Source: a virus (Duplodnaviria; Caudoviricetes). Taken from it: 27,005 bases of DNA. The position numbers and the translations under genes are program-made. This document shows, piece by piece, positions 8,450 through 17,483 of the stretch. A model generated the notes under the pieces. It was not told the origin of the DNA and did no database searches. It worked only from the letters and a program-made list of their open reading frames with translations. The DNA is taken from IMG/VR virus record IMGVR_UViG_3300021134_000024, positions 1 to 27,005 of that record. The stretch is one strand, 5' to 3'. Positions within the stretch are counted from its first letter, which is position 1. Each line of letters starts with the position of its first letter.

Positions 8450-10152
8450 TATTTTTTCACCTTCTTTTTAGCTTCTAATAGATAACCCAAAGCACCTTTT
8501 GAGTCTGGGGGTAAATGATTTGCATCTGCACGACGCTTATGTTGACGAATGGTTTTTAAGAATTCATCCAATACTTTGGCACCACTGTCATTATCGCCGT
8601 TACCTAATGACGATACTACATCAGCGGGAATAACAAATTCCCCGTTAGCTAACATCGCTGGGATGGAATCCGATGTACCATCACCAGCACCTTTAACATA
8701 AGTATTTTTTAAACCACCTTCGCTATAAAACTCTGGATGGTGTTCATGTACCTCGCCACCTTTTTTATAAAGATGAGCGGTAGAACCATGAGTTAAATTA
8801 ATACCCATATCTTTCATGGAAATAGGATTGGGATTACCATGTGATGTGCCTGGGCCTTTAACTGGCTCGCATACTCCACTACCTTCACTATAATGAGGTA
8901 CCATCTGACCGCCAGTGTTTGCATTTTGAATTTCTTGCAAAGATAATGGATTGTAAGCTGTGGATAGAGCAGAATCTTCAGTTGCAGCAACAGATTCATT
9001 TGAAGGAACCAATGAACCTAAAGCACCTAAAGTTGTAGGATTGCCTTTCATGGTTCCAGCGGCTAAAGGAGTAACGCCAACAGATGCACCAGAGGGGATA
9101 CTAGAAGTTGAAGTTGCTGGGTATCCACTAACTGTTACATTACCTTTCGGGGTATTTGTGCCTGTAGTACTTGGAGCACCACCAAAAACAGATTTTAATA
9201 TTTTAGCAGCTTGTTGGGCTTGATTTAAACTTGGGGTTGGTAATCCACCCGATGTTGCTGGAACACCACCCAAACCAACTGAACTAGCTTCAATAGGTTG
9301 ACCGAAAGCATTAGTTGCTGGCAAACCATTTGCACCCAACTCATATGAAACTCCGGGCAAACCTTGACCTGCTGCACCAGTTCCTAAAACAGTATCTGCT
9401 GGTAGACTAGCATTCATTCCAACACTAGTGCCTGGTAATGATCCAGCAGAAGGCAACGCTGGATTTAATGAACCAACTGTACCAGTAGGTGCTCCCGTTG
9501 CAACACCAGTAGAAGTTACTGGGCTAGTAGTTGGTGTAGTAGTTCCTACATCGGGTTGATTTAATATAGAATCTGAACCTGGTGTTGATGTGGTTGATGG
9601 GGCAGTTAATCCAGTATTTGGATCAGCGTTTGGTAATGCTGAAGTAGAAGTATCAATTGATGCTACAGTATCACCACCAGCGGTAGTATAAGTTGTTGCA
9701 CCACTGGCATCTGTAAGGGCCGTAGAGCCATCGGAAAAAGTAGTTAGTACCGAGCCATCTTCCATAGCAACACTGCTTTCTACAGCAAGATCTGATGCCA
9801 ATGCACCCGATGCTGCACCGGCGGTTAATACTGTAGCAGCCAAAGCAGCAACAGTTGTCCATCCACCAGGAACAACACTGCGAACACCACAGTCAAGTGC
9901 GGCCCCAGCTTGACCAATTGTTTGAGCAACTGTACAAATAGTACAACTTACAGCATTCACAGCACTACACACAAAACAAGTTACAGTATTGCTAACACAA
10001 CTAAAAAAGCAACAACCACCACCACCACCTCCGCCACAACCATGTAATGTCATAGCACGTGCAAATGGAATAGGTCGACTAGTAACTCTAGCACCAGTGG
10101 GTTGAAATGCTCTAGCGGGTAAAGAAGGATGGCATTTACATTTTAATCTCAT
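8449..10152 (-). CDS. Putative DNA transfer protein with leader/poly-Gly N-terminus and C-terminal GTSDSIPAML-NGEFV domain (about 567 aa)
   Basis: Start moved from 10167 to ATG 10152, which gives an ATGA overlap with the upstream stop. Leader ...MTLHGCGGGGGGG, hydrophobic segment WTTVAALAATVLTAG, S/T/G/P linker, and GAGDGTSDSIPAMLANGEFVIPADVV, a motif also familiar from tape-measure C-termini. Confidence 0.6.
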   Translation of the reverse strand: MRLKCKCHPSLPARAFQPTGARVTSRPIPFARAMTLHGCGGGGGGGCCFFSCVSNTVTCFVCSAVNAVSCTICTVAQTIGQAGAALDCGVRSVVPGGWTTVAALAATVLTAGAASGALASDLAVESSVAMEDGSVLTTFSDGSTALTDASGATTYTTAGGDTVASIDTSTSALPNADPNTGLTAPSTTSTPGSDSILNQPDVGTTTPTTSPVTSTGVATGAPTGTVGSLNPALPSAGSLPGTSVGMNASLPADTVLGTGAAGQGLPGVSYELGANGLPATNAFGQPIEASSVGLGGVPATSGGLPTPSLNQAQQAAKILKSVFGGAPSTTGTNTPKGNVTVSGYPATSTSSIPSGASVGVTPLAAGTMKGNPTTLGALGSLVPSNESVAATEDSALSTAYNPLSLQEIQNANTGGQMVPHYSEGSGVCEPVKGPGTSHGNPNPISMKDMGINLTHGSTAHLYKKGGEVHEHHPEFYSEGGLKNTYVKGAGDGTSDSIPAMLANGEFVIPADVVSSLGNGDNDSGAKVLDEFLKTIRQHKRRADANHLPPDSKGALGYLLEAKKKVKK

Positions 10153-10520
10153 ACTAAAGCCATCCAATTATATGTTGATTTATCCGATGGTTGAACATCT
10201 ACACCAGCCTTTTTTAAAAATCTAACAATTCCTTCGTTATCTGCACGACCATAAACAGCACGCAAATGTGAATCACGAATATGTTTGATAAACTCTTTCA
10301 AAGATTGCATTAATTGCAATGGAGAATCTTCAGAAAATAAATGTAATTCAGCATCTTGATTACCAATATGATGAACAAACAGTACTGAATTATTGGTGTG
10401 CAGAACAAGACCAGTACCATCATGCACATCTTTTTTCATGGCACGCAAAATTTTACGAGGATCGGTTCCTCGTTTTTGAGTATATGCTGTAACAATTTGT
10501 GTTGGGGTCATGGTTTGCAT
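10149..10520 (-). CDS. Small virion-assembly protein, possibly GNAT-fold (positional analogue of P22 gp14 / T7 gp13)
   Basis: 123 aa (alternative ATG at 10511 overlaps the upstream stop). AELHLF strand and NEGIVRFLKKAGV resemble GNAT C-terminal motifs. Sits directly before the first ejection gene. Confidence 0.5.
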   Translation of the reverse strand: MQTMTPTQIVTAYTQKRGTDPRKILRAMKKDVHDGTGLVLHTNNSVLFVHHIGNQDAELHLFSEDSPLQLMQSLKEFIKHIRDSHLRAVYGRADNEGIVRFLKKAGVDVQPSDKSTYNWMALV

Positions 10521-10783
10521 ACTTGAGTTGCGTCGTAATTAGTTAGTTCCATATCGGGTTTAATGATGGCTGTAGAAGTTTCTTTATCAATTTCCATCAA
10601 GCCGTAACAACACACATTCCAATTTTCTGCGGTTTCGTCTTTTTCACTAAAAGAAGGAACATGAAGCTGGAAGTGCTTAAACAAATATTCTTGCCCATCT
10701 TCGAATACACGCCAAACATGATTTTTAGTACCACGTCCAGCAGTGCCTCTACTTTGGTTAAAACGAATTAGATACTTTTTCAT
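10508..10783 (-). CDS. Hypothetical protein (91 aa) coupled to the 2OG-Fe(II) oxygenase
   Basis: ATGA overlap with the oxygenase stop; fills the gap exactly. No function recognised. Confidence 0.7.
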   Translation of the reverse strand: MKKYLIRFNQSRGTAGRGTKNHVWRVFEDGQEYLFKHFQLHVPSFSEKDETAENWNVCCYGLMEIDKETSTAIIKPDMELTNYDATQVCKP

Positions 10784-11415
10784 ATGATAATCGGGCCTTT
10801 CTTATTGCAAACTGGCTTCGATACATCACGAACATTAATGTTAAAATGAATAAAATTCACTGGATCATTGGAACCATTACGAGTAAACGAATGTGGTAGC
10901 CAAGCATTAGTAAAATAAAAACTACCAGCTTTTGGCTCAAATACCAATGAATCCGTTGCTTCTGTTGGTTTGCTATTATCTGCTTCTAGCATACCAGCTT
11001 GTTTTTTACCAGTTCTAGGATCATGGAATACCACTCTAGATCCACGCTCTGGAACATCTAAAAAATAAAATCCAACAATCTGCGTTCCATCATTATGGAT
11101 ATGCTCTTCCATGTTGGAGTACTTATAATGTGACTGACCCCACATAGAATGGAAATAAGTCTCTTTATGATCCATGGCATATCCTTGAGCACTAAGAATA
11201 TTCCACGCTGTACCAACGGTAAAACTACAAAAGTCTTGAAGCGTTGGTTCTTGTACTAAATTACCAGTCATAATAACTGGATATACATCATTAACTTGTT
11301 TTTTCTGTGGCTCTATATGAGCATTAAACACATTACGAACAGCTTGTAAATATTCGGGCTTGTCAATATAATGCACTGCCGAAGAAAAATAATAAGATGT
11401 TTGTAATGTGTCCAT
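10780..11415 (-). CDS. Putative 2OG-Fe(II) oxygenase (TIGR02466-like)
   Basis: HxH iron ligands (EEHIH), IVGFYF strand, FHDPR, distal His in AWLPHSF and terminal IHFN, the pattern of this double-stranded beta-helix family. Confidence 0.8.
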   Translation of the reverse strand: MDTLQTSYYFSSAVHYIDKPEYLQAVRNVFNAHIEPQKKQVNDVYPVIMTGNLVQEPTLQDFCSFTVGTAWNILSAQGYAMDHKETYFHSMWGQSHYKYSNMEEHIHNDGTQIVGFYFLDVPERGSRVVFHDPRTGKKQAGMLEADNSKPTEATDSLVFEPKAGSFYFTNAWLPHSFTRNGSNDPVNFIHFNINVRDVSKPVCNKKGPIII

Positions 11416-11444
11416 GGTATCAAAAAATAATTAAGGGTACTTCA

Positions 11445-11473
11445 AGCTTAGCACATTTATGCTAAATTGTCAA
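11445..11473 (-). promoter_or_regulatory. Sigma70-type promoter upstream of the oxygenase, with a palindrome in the spacer
   Basis: TTGACA (11473-11468), 17-nt spacer, extended -10 TG-C-TAAGCT (hexamer 11450-11445). Inverted repeat TTAGCA-N6-TGCTAA at 11448-11465. Confidence 0.75.
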
Positions 11474-11733
11474 TATGCTGGACCGTTAATTATTTGTGTA
11501 AAGTCTTTTGCCCAAGCTTGCCATTCATCGTATGTATCTGGGCTTGGTACTGGATAAGAACCAAACATTTCCATGGCTGATATATTTTTAGCTGCCGCTT
11601 GCCAATTCTCTTCTGGGGCAAACATAACATTTTCTTGACCATAATAAATAATCATGTTTGCATTCCAGTCTTCCCAGCTCATCAACTCTGGAACACAAGG
11701 AAAAAACTGTTGTACCGATACCCGCTTGGTCAT
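11470..11733 (-). CDS. Hypothetical Trp-rich protein (87 aa), probably tail-associated
   Basis: ATGA overlap with the gp10-like gene; fits operon packing. Confidence 0.7.
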   Translation of the reverse strand: MTKRVSVQQFFPCVPELMSWEDWNANMIIYYGQENVMFAPEENWQAAAKNISAMEMFGSYPVPSPDTYDEWQAWAKDFTQIINGPAY

Positions 11734-13910
11734 GGACGCTCGTCACCATATTCAGCAGTAATTACCAGTTTACCCATTTCATAATTGCCGTCAAGAGTAT
11801 TTGACTCAAACTTTAATTGAATCAAACGGTGCTCAACACGAAGGTCAATTTTACCAGTATCTGGATTAAAGAAATATGGACCAGAGTCTTGTTCATCCTC
11901 TTGCATAGCTCCACTGGCAAATTTACGACCTAAAATGGTCATGGACATTTCACCAGATTGCAAGAAGTTTGGTTCTATACGACGAATATGCATACGACGA
12001 TTAACACCAACCAGTGAATTGGCACCAGGTGATCCAGAAATCCAACTAATGTCACTGGTAGTAATGCTAGAATAAATTGCTGTTTCACCATTTAGAGCAA
12101 TTTGGTTTTGACCGTATTCGTGTTGCCACAAATTAAATCCGCCAGTAACATAATACACCGGCTCACCAATAACAACCGTTGGTGAAAAGTTAGTTGAGCA
12201 AGTAATTAATGTAACACCCGGTGGTTTAACCGTGGTGTTATAAATATTTTTACTAGAAGTAATTGTATATGTTGGGGCTTCTGAGTTTTGCGAAAAAGTC
12301 AAGCTATCGCCGGGACTAAATGTGGCAGTTTGATCGCCAGCTAAATAAATCTGATTGGCATTAGCAACTGGCAAACTAGCTGGATGCTGAATGGTAATTT
12401 GTGGAGTACCATAAATGGGGTTGTAATTCCAATCAATCCAAATAGGGTTGGGGAATAACTCAGTGGTATATCCACAAGAACGTTGCGCCCCTACTGCTTG
12501 ACCAGCATCATACCAAATTTTATCTTTGGTGTTATAAATAATAGCATCAGTACATTCTGTAGCGGTGCCACGGGGATAAAAGAACCAAATCTCATTGTAA
12601 CGGGGAACTTTAGTTGCCCACACTTTTTGACGCTGTTCATAGTTGATGTTGTCAAATAGGTAGTTTACATTCTTATCATTTGGCACTACCACCACATTAC
12701 CGTTATACGCATAGAAACGGTCAATACCCATCCACCAATAAACCCCGTCCATCTCAACTATAGCATTAGATGACATAATTGAGATTTGGCTAGAAATAAT
12801 ATCGTAATTCCAATAAGTTGATGGTACAGTTGATGCACCAGAACCAGCAGAATTAAATGAAACACGAATCAAACTATCAGTTGCCCAGAATAAGCCTGAT
12901 GGTGAATTAGTACCACCACGCATTGGCATACCTTTTACAATCTTAGATGCCGATACGTTTACTTGGTTGGCTAATGGACCATTCCAATCGTAAAAGTTTT
13001 GATTGGTGTATGTTCCATTGACATTATTGTTGGCAATAAATCCATGTGATCCATATACAAAAATAAACGGATACAATACACAAACACCACCATCTACGCT
13101 AATTGGCTTGTATGTTGGATTTTGTCCTTGGCTATCTGATAATCCAGTAAATGACCAGCTGTAGTTAGCACCAGGAGTGATATTACCAACTAATACTTGA
13201 CTCGGCACACCGTTATCAATGTTAACTAAGTTTTTACCTGGGTGTGCAAATACAGATAACTGACCGCCTTGTGGGCTAAACTGGGTATCAAATTGCCAGT
13301 CGTTTGTAAACGGACCATAAGATTCATCTGGTGTAAATACTGCACTGGTAGTTAAGTATGCAGTATTAATTGTATTTGAAAGACTGCCACCAGATACTGT
13401 TACTGTTGTAGCATTTGCGTTTGCAGAATACCGTGAACTAGTGATGGTAAATGTAGTTGCATTACTGGTTTGCTGGAATATAACGGTATTTCCAGCTGAA
13501 AATGATGTAGCGTTACTGGTTCCAGAAATGGTAAATGCAGTAGCGTTTACATAGGTAACATTAGCAAATGCTGTGCCAGGTAAAATGGTAACTGGGAACG
13601 GGCCACTACCCGTTGCAAAAGTTGTGCCGGTGGTAAATACATCGAGCTCTTTATAGTTACCCGCAAAAATATAGTTAACACCGTTATATGGCTGTGACAC
13701 CATACCACGATAAATACCAACTAGGCTAGTAAAGATTGAGCGATAGCCACCCATCTTTTTAGGTACGCCACGCTGAAAACGACACCATACACCATCGGTA
13801 TACTCATCGGTTTCAAAATAAGTACCATCACGCTTAATACCCGGTGGAACTGCTAGTGTATAAATCCGAGTAAACTGCGATGTATCTTGCTGAACGTTAT
13901 CAGCTGCCAT
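11730..13910 (-). CDS. Tail nozzle / packaged-DNA stabilisation protein (P22 gp10-like beta-propeller, 726 aa)
   Basis: PPGIKRDGT and WCRFQRGVPKKMGG N-terminus, propeller-like YWWMGIDRFYAYNG, NEIWFFYP...IIYN...WY, and a C-terminal IDLRVEHR...LKFES...G. Size and position before the ejection genes agree. Confidence 0.75.
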   Translation of the reverse strand: MAADNVQQDTSQFTRIYTLAVPPGIKRDGTYFETDEYTDGVWCRFQRGVPKKMGGYRSIFTSLVGIYRGMVSQPYNGVNYIFAGNYKELDVFTTGTTFATGSGPFPVTILPGTAFANVTYVNATAFTISGTSNATSFSAGNTVIFQQTSNATTFTITSSRYSANANATTVTVSGGSLSNTINTAYLTTSAVFTPDESYGPFTNDWQFDTQFSPQGGQLSVFAHPGKNLVNIDNGVPSQVLVGNITPGANYSWSFTGLSDSQGQNPTYKPISVDGGVCVLYPFIFVYGSHGFIANNNVNGTYTNQNFYDWNGPLANQVNVSASKIVKGMPMRGGTNSPSGLFWATDSLIRVSFNSAGSGASTVPSTYWNYDIISSQISIMSSNAIVEMDGVYWWMGIDRFYAYNGNVVVVPNDKNVNYLFDNINYEQRQKVWATKVPRYNEIWFFYPRGTATECTDAIIYNTKDKIWYDAGQAVGAQRSCGYTTELFPNPIWIDWNYNPIYGTPQITIQHPASLPVANANQIYLAGDQTATFSPGDSLTFSQNSEAPTYTITSSKNIYNTTVKPPGVTLITCSTNFSPTVVIGEPVYYVTGGFNLWQHEYGQNQIALNGETAIYSSITTSDISWISGSPGANSLVGVNRRMHIRRIEPNFLQSGEMSMTILGRKFASGAMQEDEQDSGPYFFNPDTGKIDLRVEHRLIQLKFESNTLDGNYEMGKLVITAEYGDERP

Positions 13911-15194
13911 TTAGAATGTCCCGCCGCCAATTGATTTGGCGTTTAATGAAGCAAGCACATTAACTGCCGGAGTCGATGGATTAGAACCATCCATATTAAC
14001 AATTTCGGTTCCATTTGCAGTTAAACCTAAAACACCTGTACCAACTAAATACATACCACTTGTTACATCATTGTTAAATGAATATGCTGGCAATGATGCT
14101 GAACCATTAGCAGCATAAAATAAGCCGGTTGCTGATGATGTTAATACATATAAATTAGTACCATCACTTAGTACTGTAGAAATATTACCAGCGGACAATA
14201 CCAAAGGTGTCTGACTACTTCCTTGACATTGGAAAGTAATGTTATAGCCAGTTTGGTTTGTGTTATTAACCAGAATATAAATCTGGGTAATGGCCGGTAA
14301 TGTTACTGCTAAACTTTGTGTGCGTGTACCAGATTGCGCAATATAAGTCTGAATAATCGGTGCATAAGATACTAAACTAAACGTATTGCCAACTATGGTA
14401 TCAACATCGTAAGTTGCTGAGTTAAAAGTAACAGCTGACGGGGCCACCCAACCAACAGTAATGAACCCGCCACTAATAGAATCGTAAAAAATAAAACCAG
14501 AATCGCCCGGATTAGCAACAATTTCGCTATTGCCGTTAATTAAATTTGGCGTCGTAGCATAGATGTTTAATGAACCAGATCCGCTATTTCTAAAACCAAT
14601 CCACCAACCAGCTGATAAATTTTGTACTGGAGGGAGTGTAAATGTACCACCACCAGCTCCCCAGTTAAAAGTAGCGCCACGGCTTGCATCGGTAATATTG
14701 GGAGAAGATGTTACATCGACTACGTTTTCAGTTACGGCCAATTTACCGTTAGAAGTAGTTAAGCCAGCTCCTGCTAAAGTAGCCGCATCTGCATAAGATG
14801 TACCAGCCGCAAATGTGACGTTATTCCAAACACCACCGGCAGTTGTATTATTAGTAAGATAAAAATACTTACTAATGCCCATTGGTACGCTAACGGAGTT
14901 TGCGCCCGTATAGTCTTTAATCGTAAAAGTATTTGAGCCAAGGTTGCGGAACAAAATATCCGCGCCAACCGTGCCTTGATCTGCTTCTGGTAAAGTAATG
15001 ATAGCAGCATTGGCGTTAGCACTAGTACAAACGCAATCGATAATACGAGCAGCAGGTATCTCACCAACTCCTTGATTAACAATAGATGGCCAATAGAGTG
15101 GTGTGGGAGAACTGAAAGAAAGTGCATAATAGGATACATCCGTTGGGGTAACAACAGTCCCAGTGAATGGGCTCACAAAAACGGGAGTTGACAT
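13911..15194 (-). CDS. Structural tail-associated protein (427 aa), beta-rich, ending in GGTF
   Basis: Three repeated TLP-containing beta modules, NGSASLPAYSFNNDVTSGMY fibre-type motif, C-terminal GGGTF. Confidence 0.65.
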   Translation of the reverse strand: MSTPVFVSPFTGTVVTPTDVSYYALSFSSPTPLYWPSIVNQGVGEIPAARIIDCVCTSANANAAIITLPEADQGTVGADILFRNLGSNTFTIKDYTGANSVSVPMGISKYFYLTNNTTAGGVWNNVTFAAGTSYADAATLAGAGLTTSNGKLAVTENVVDVTSSPNITDASRGATFNWGAGGGTFTLPPVQNLSAGWWIGFRNSGSGSLNIYATTPNLINGNSEIVANPGDSGFIFYDSISGGFITVGWVAPSAVTFNSATYDVDTIVGNTFSLVSYAPIIQTYIAQSGTRTQSLAVTLPAITQIYILVNNTNQTGYNITFQCQGSSQTPLVLSAGNISTVLSDGTNLYVLTSSATGLFYAANGSASLPAYSFNNDVTSGMYLVGTGVLGLTANGTEIVNMDGSNPSTPAVNVLASLNAKSIGGGTF

Positions 15195-15265
15195 TATTTT
15201 TCTAACCTTTTAAATGTGTAGCCTTTGTGGCTTTTATGGCGAATCCAATATACACAAACTGACAT
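15194..15265 (-). pseudogene. Collapsed GIY-YIG homing endonuclease relic (23-aa mini-ORF MSVCVYWIRHKSHKGYTFKRLEK)
   Basis: Translated by hand. The N-terminus matches the intact endonuclease (LYWIHHKDH), with 16/18 nt identity over YWIxHK. Its stop overlaps the next start (TAATG). Confidence 0.75.
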
Positions 15266-15266
15266 A

Positions 15267-15881
15267 TTAAGGTTCCTGAACCGAAGTGTTGCGATCCACA
15301 CGACGAGAGTTGTCTTCTTTTTTGAGTGCGTTAAGTGCATCAGTGTAATATTGTTTCCAAACTGGCAACTTATCCAAAGCTTTTAAATAACCTTGGGCTT
15401 GTAACAAAGCACCATAAAGCATTGCTTGTGGAGCAATTTGAGTCCACAAGTTCTGTTGGTTATTAGCATCCAATGGCTGAATTTCAGCAAAGTAAATAAT
15501 TTCCACTGGATAAGTGGCGTCTGGTTTTGGGGCAAAATTCCAGTTGCTATAATCGTAGTCAGCATAATATAAGGGCTGACCATTACTAGACTCAGCCAAA
15601 TACTGCGATACATAATCTTGGCTACGCAACAAAATAGGCTCACCATTAATTTTCATAGAAACCGTTTTACGCCAACGAGCTGGTTTATTTAAAATAGTTT
15701 GGTTAGTTGCTAAACTGGTTTCTACAACAATTAACTGCAAATAGGTTTTTAATTCGGCAGCAATCGATGACTCCGCCAAAGCGATGAGGTTAGGGATCTG
15801 AGCAATAAAGTCAGCATCATCCCGCTCCATATATTGCTGGATATTGAGCACCAGCGAATCGTAGGTCATGATTACGCTCAT
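15267..15881 (-). CDS. Head-tail adaptor protein (204 aa)
   Basis: MTYDSL...I..Y, IPNLIALAE, PLYYA, FAPKPD..Y, LYGALLQA..YLK pattern typical of podovirus adaptor/tail tubular A-like proteins. Confidence 0.7.
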   Translation of the reverse strand: MSVIMTYDSLVLNIQQYMERDDADFIAQIPNLIALAESSIAAELKTYLQLIVVETSLATNQTILNKPARWRKTVSMKINGEPILLRSQDYVSQYLAESSNGQPLYYADYDYSNWNFAPKPDATYPVEIIYFAEIQPLDANNQQNLWTQIAPQAMLYGALLQAQGYLKALDKLPVWKQYYTDALNALKKEDNSRRVDRNTSVQEP

Positions 15882-16417
15882 TTTAAAACCTCATAGCCAT
15901 ATTTTTTGGCATTTCTATAGATCCTATTTGCAAGGGTTGCGTGTTTTAATCCTAAAAAATTGGCCAGTGCGGTAAAACTGTCATAAACAATACCGTTGTA
16001 TTTAACTTTTACTTTTTTACGTTCAGAAGCAAGTTTTTTTTCTTTATCGGATACTTTACGTCCGAACATCCAAGGAGTTTTTCTTGACTTATTTTTAAGA
16101 GGACTAACGTAATTATCTCCGCGATATTGTGACACAGGCGGTTTTGCACCACCTTCAGCAATGTTCCACCCAATTTGTTTGGCTGGTCTAATTTTTGTTT
16201 CTAAATCGTAACAATATGTTTCTTCCCCAATTAAAACAACTTCTTTAATAAGGTTGTCCCAACCATATTTTTTAATCGCTGCTTTAAGATGTTGATTATC
16301 AGAATATTTGCTATGCCTAAACCACCTAGCTTCGATGTTTTTAGAAACACCAATATACCCCTGACTAAACATGTCAGTATGGTCTTTATGGTGGATCCAA
16401 TACAAAGAAGTGTTCAT
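15878..16417 (-). CDS. Free-standing GIY-YIG homing endonuclease (179 aa)
   Basis: SLYWI...GYIGVS, conserved Arg/His (ARWFRH), Glu (DLET), Asn (GWNIAEGG) and a C-terminal HTH-like YDSFTALANFLGL. AT-rich, with ATGA overlaps on both sides. Confidence 0.9.
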   Translation of the reverse strand: MNTSLYWIHHKDHTDMFSQGYIGVSKNIEARWFRHSKYSDNQHLKAAIKKYGWDNLIKEVVLIGEETYCYDLETKIRPAKQIGWNIAEGGAKPPVSQYRGDNYVSPLKNKSRKTPWMFGRKVSDKEKKLASERKKVKVKYNGIVYDSFTALANFLGLKHATLANRIYRNAKKYGYEVLK

Positions 16418-17481
16418 CTGGTGTAGTATGACACGTTGGGTTGGAAATAAATTGGTGACTTATCACGATCTTCTTCACTAGCTTGCAAGAATGCTTTTTC
16501 AGCTTGCAACTCCAAATACTGAATACGTGGCATATCCACTTGTGGTAATTGTAATGCCAAGCTATGAGACAATTGCTTTTGTACACAATTGAGCCAACGA
16601 TCTGGCACATAAATTTGGTTAGTTAGTGAACCTACATCTTGCATCTGTACTTCCACAACTAATTGGAACATTTGGAAGTCATTGTTTGGTACTGGCCACA
16701 AATACATAGAAGGCTCAATCGTACGATCAAACCAGTATTGCAGTGAACGAACTGATGGAAATTGCTTATTAGGTAAATTCCAGTAGTCATCACGATTTAA
16801 GCGAGCTAATGGAATAACTTGTTGGCTAGTTGAAAATACAATCTGACGAATGGAGAATGTAGGAGCTACAGTCTCACGCAAACGGTAATACAGATAAGGA
16901 GGCGTAGTACTGATGTTATAGTACTGCCACTGCTTATCAGTCATGGTAATCGATGGGAATTGCTGAACAGTTGTCCAATTAATCCCATCATTAGATACTT
17001 CGTAAGCAAAGTTATATGTTACCGTTTCACCAGCGGGTGCATAAGCATTAAAGCCAACATAGAACACTGGATTAGAGCCTTGGTACTGCAGTCCAAAATA
17101 GTTTTCACTAACGGTTGAAGTGGATACCAAATTAATGTTTTGAGCAAACACCGCTGGCGATTCTGGATTATCCGCTGGCAAATACTCTGCCGCTGTAGAA
17201 TTGATAATATAAACCCAGTTTGCTTCACGCACATCAATCGTGGTTTTTGGTAAAACTAATTGCTGTTGTGCTGTTAAAGCGCCGTACAATTGGTTTTCCA
17301 ATAACCACAGATTAACGCCACGATTAGACAAATTTTGCAAGTTGTAAAACAGAGCTTGCTTAGCTGTACCAATTAACTCAGGTGTCATCTCCTCTGCCGT
17401 TTTACCAGCATCACGAAATGCATATGAGATTAATTGGTCAACATTGATTTGTGTTTGACCAGTGGTTCCACTATAAGCCAA
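16414..17481 (-). CDS. Head-tail connector / head-closure protein with an inserted beta-sandwich (355 aa)
   Basis: TTG start after GGGAG. LISYAF, LSNRGVNLW, RDDYWNLPNK...QYWFDR...LWPVP connector-like motifs. Central EVSNDGINW...YYRLR resembles a discoidin/galactose-binding-like insert. Confidence 0.65.
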   Translation of the reverse strand: MAYSGTTGQTQINVDQLISYAFRDAGKTAEEMTPELIGTAKQALFYNLQNLSNRGVNLWLLENQLYGALTAQQQLVLPKTTIDVREANWVYIINSTAAEYLPADNPESPAVFAQNINLVSTSTVSENYFGLQYQGSNPVFYVGFNAYAPAGETVTYNFAYEVSNDGINWTTVQQFPSITMTDKQWQYYNISTTPPYLYYRLRETVAPTFSIRQIVFSTSQQVIPLARLNRDDYWNLPNKQFPSVRSLQYWFDRTIEPSMYLWPVPNNDFQMFQLVVEVQMQDVGSLTNQIYVPDRWLNCVQKQLSHSLALQLPQVDMPRIQYLELQAEKAFLQASEEDRDKSPIYFQPNVSYYTR

Positions 17482-17483
17482 AA

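Noticed and set aside
7514-10152. Genetic-code reassignment as the cause of the Cys excess
   Set aside because: The Cys codons I checked are ordinary TGT/TGC, Cys occurs at expected positions elsewhere (lipobox, CDRC), and TAA, TAG and TGA all end genes normally.
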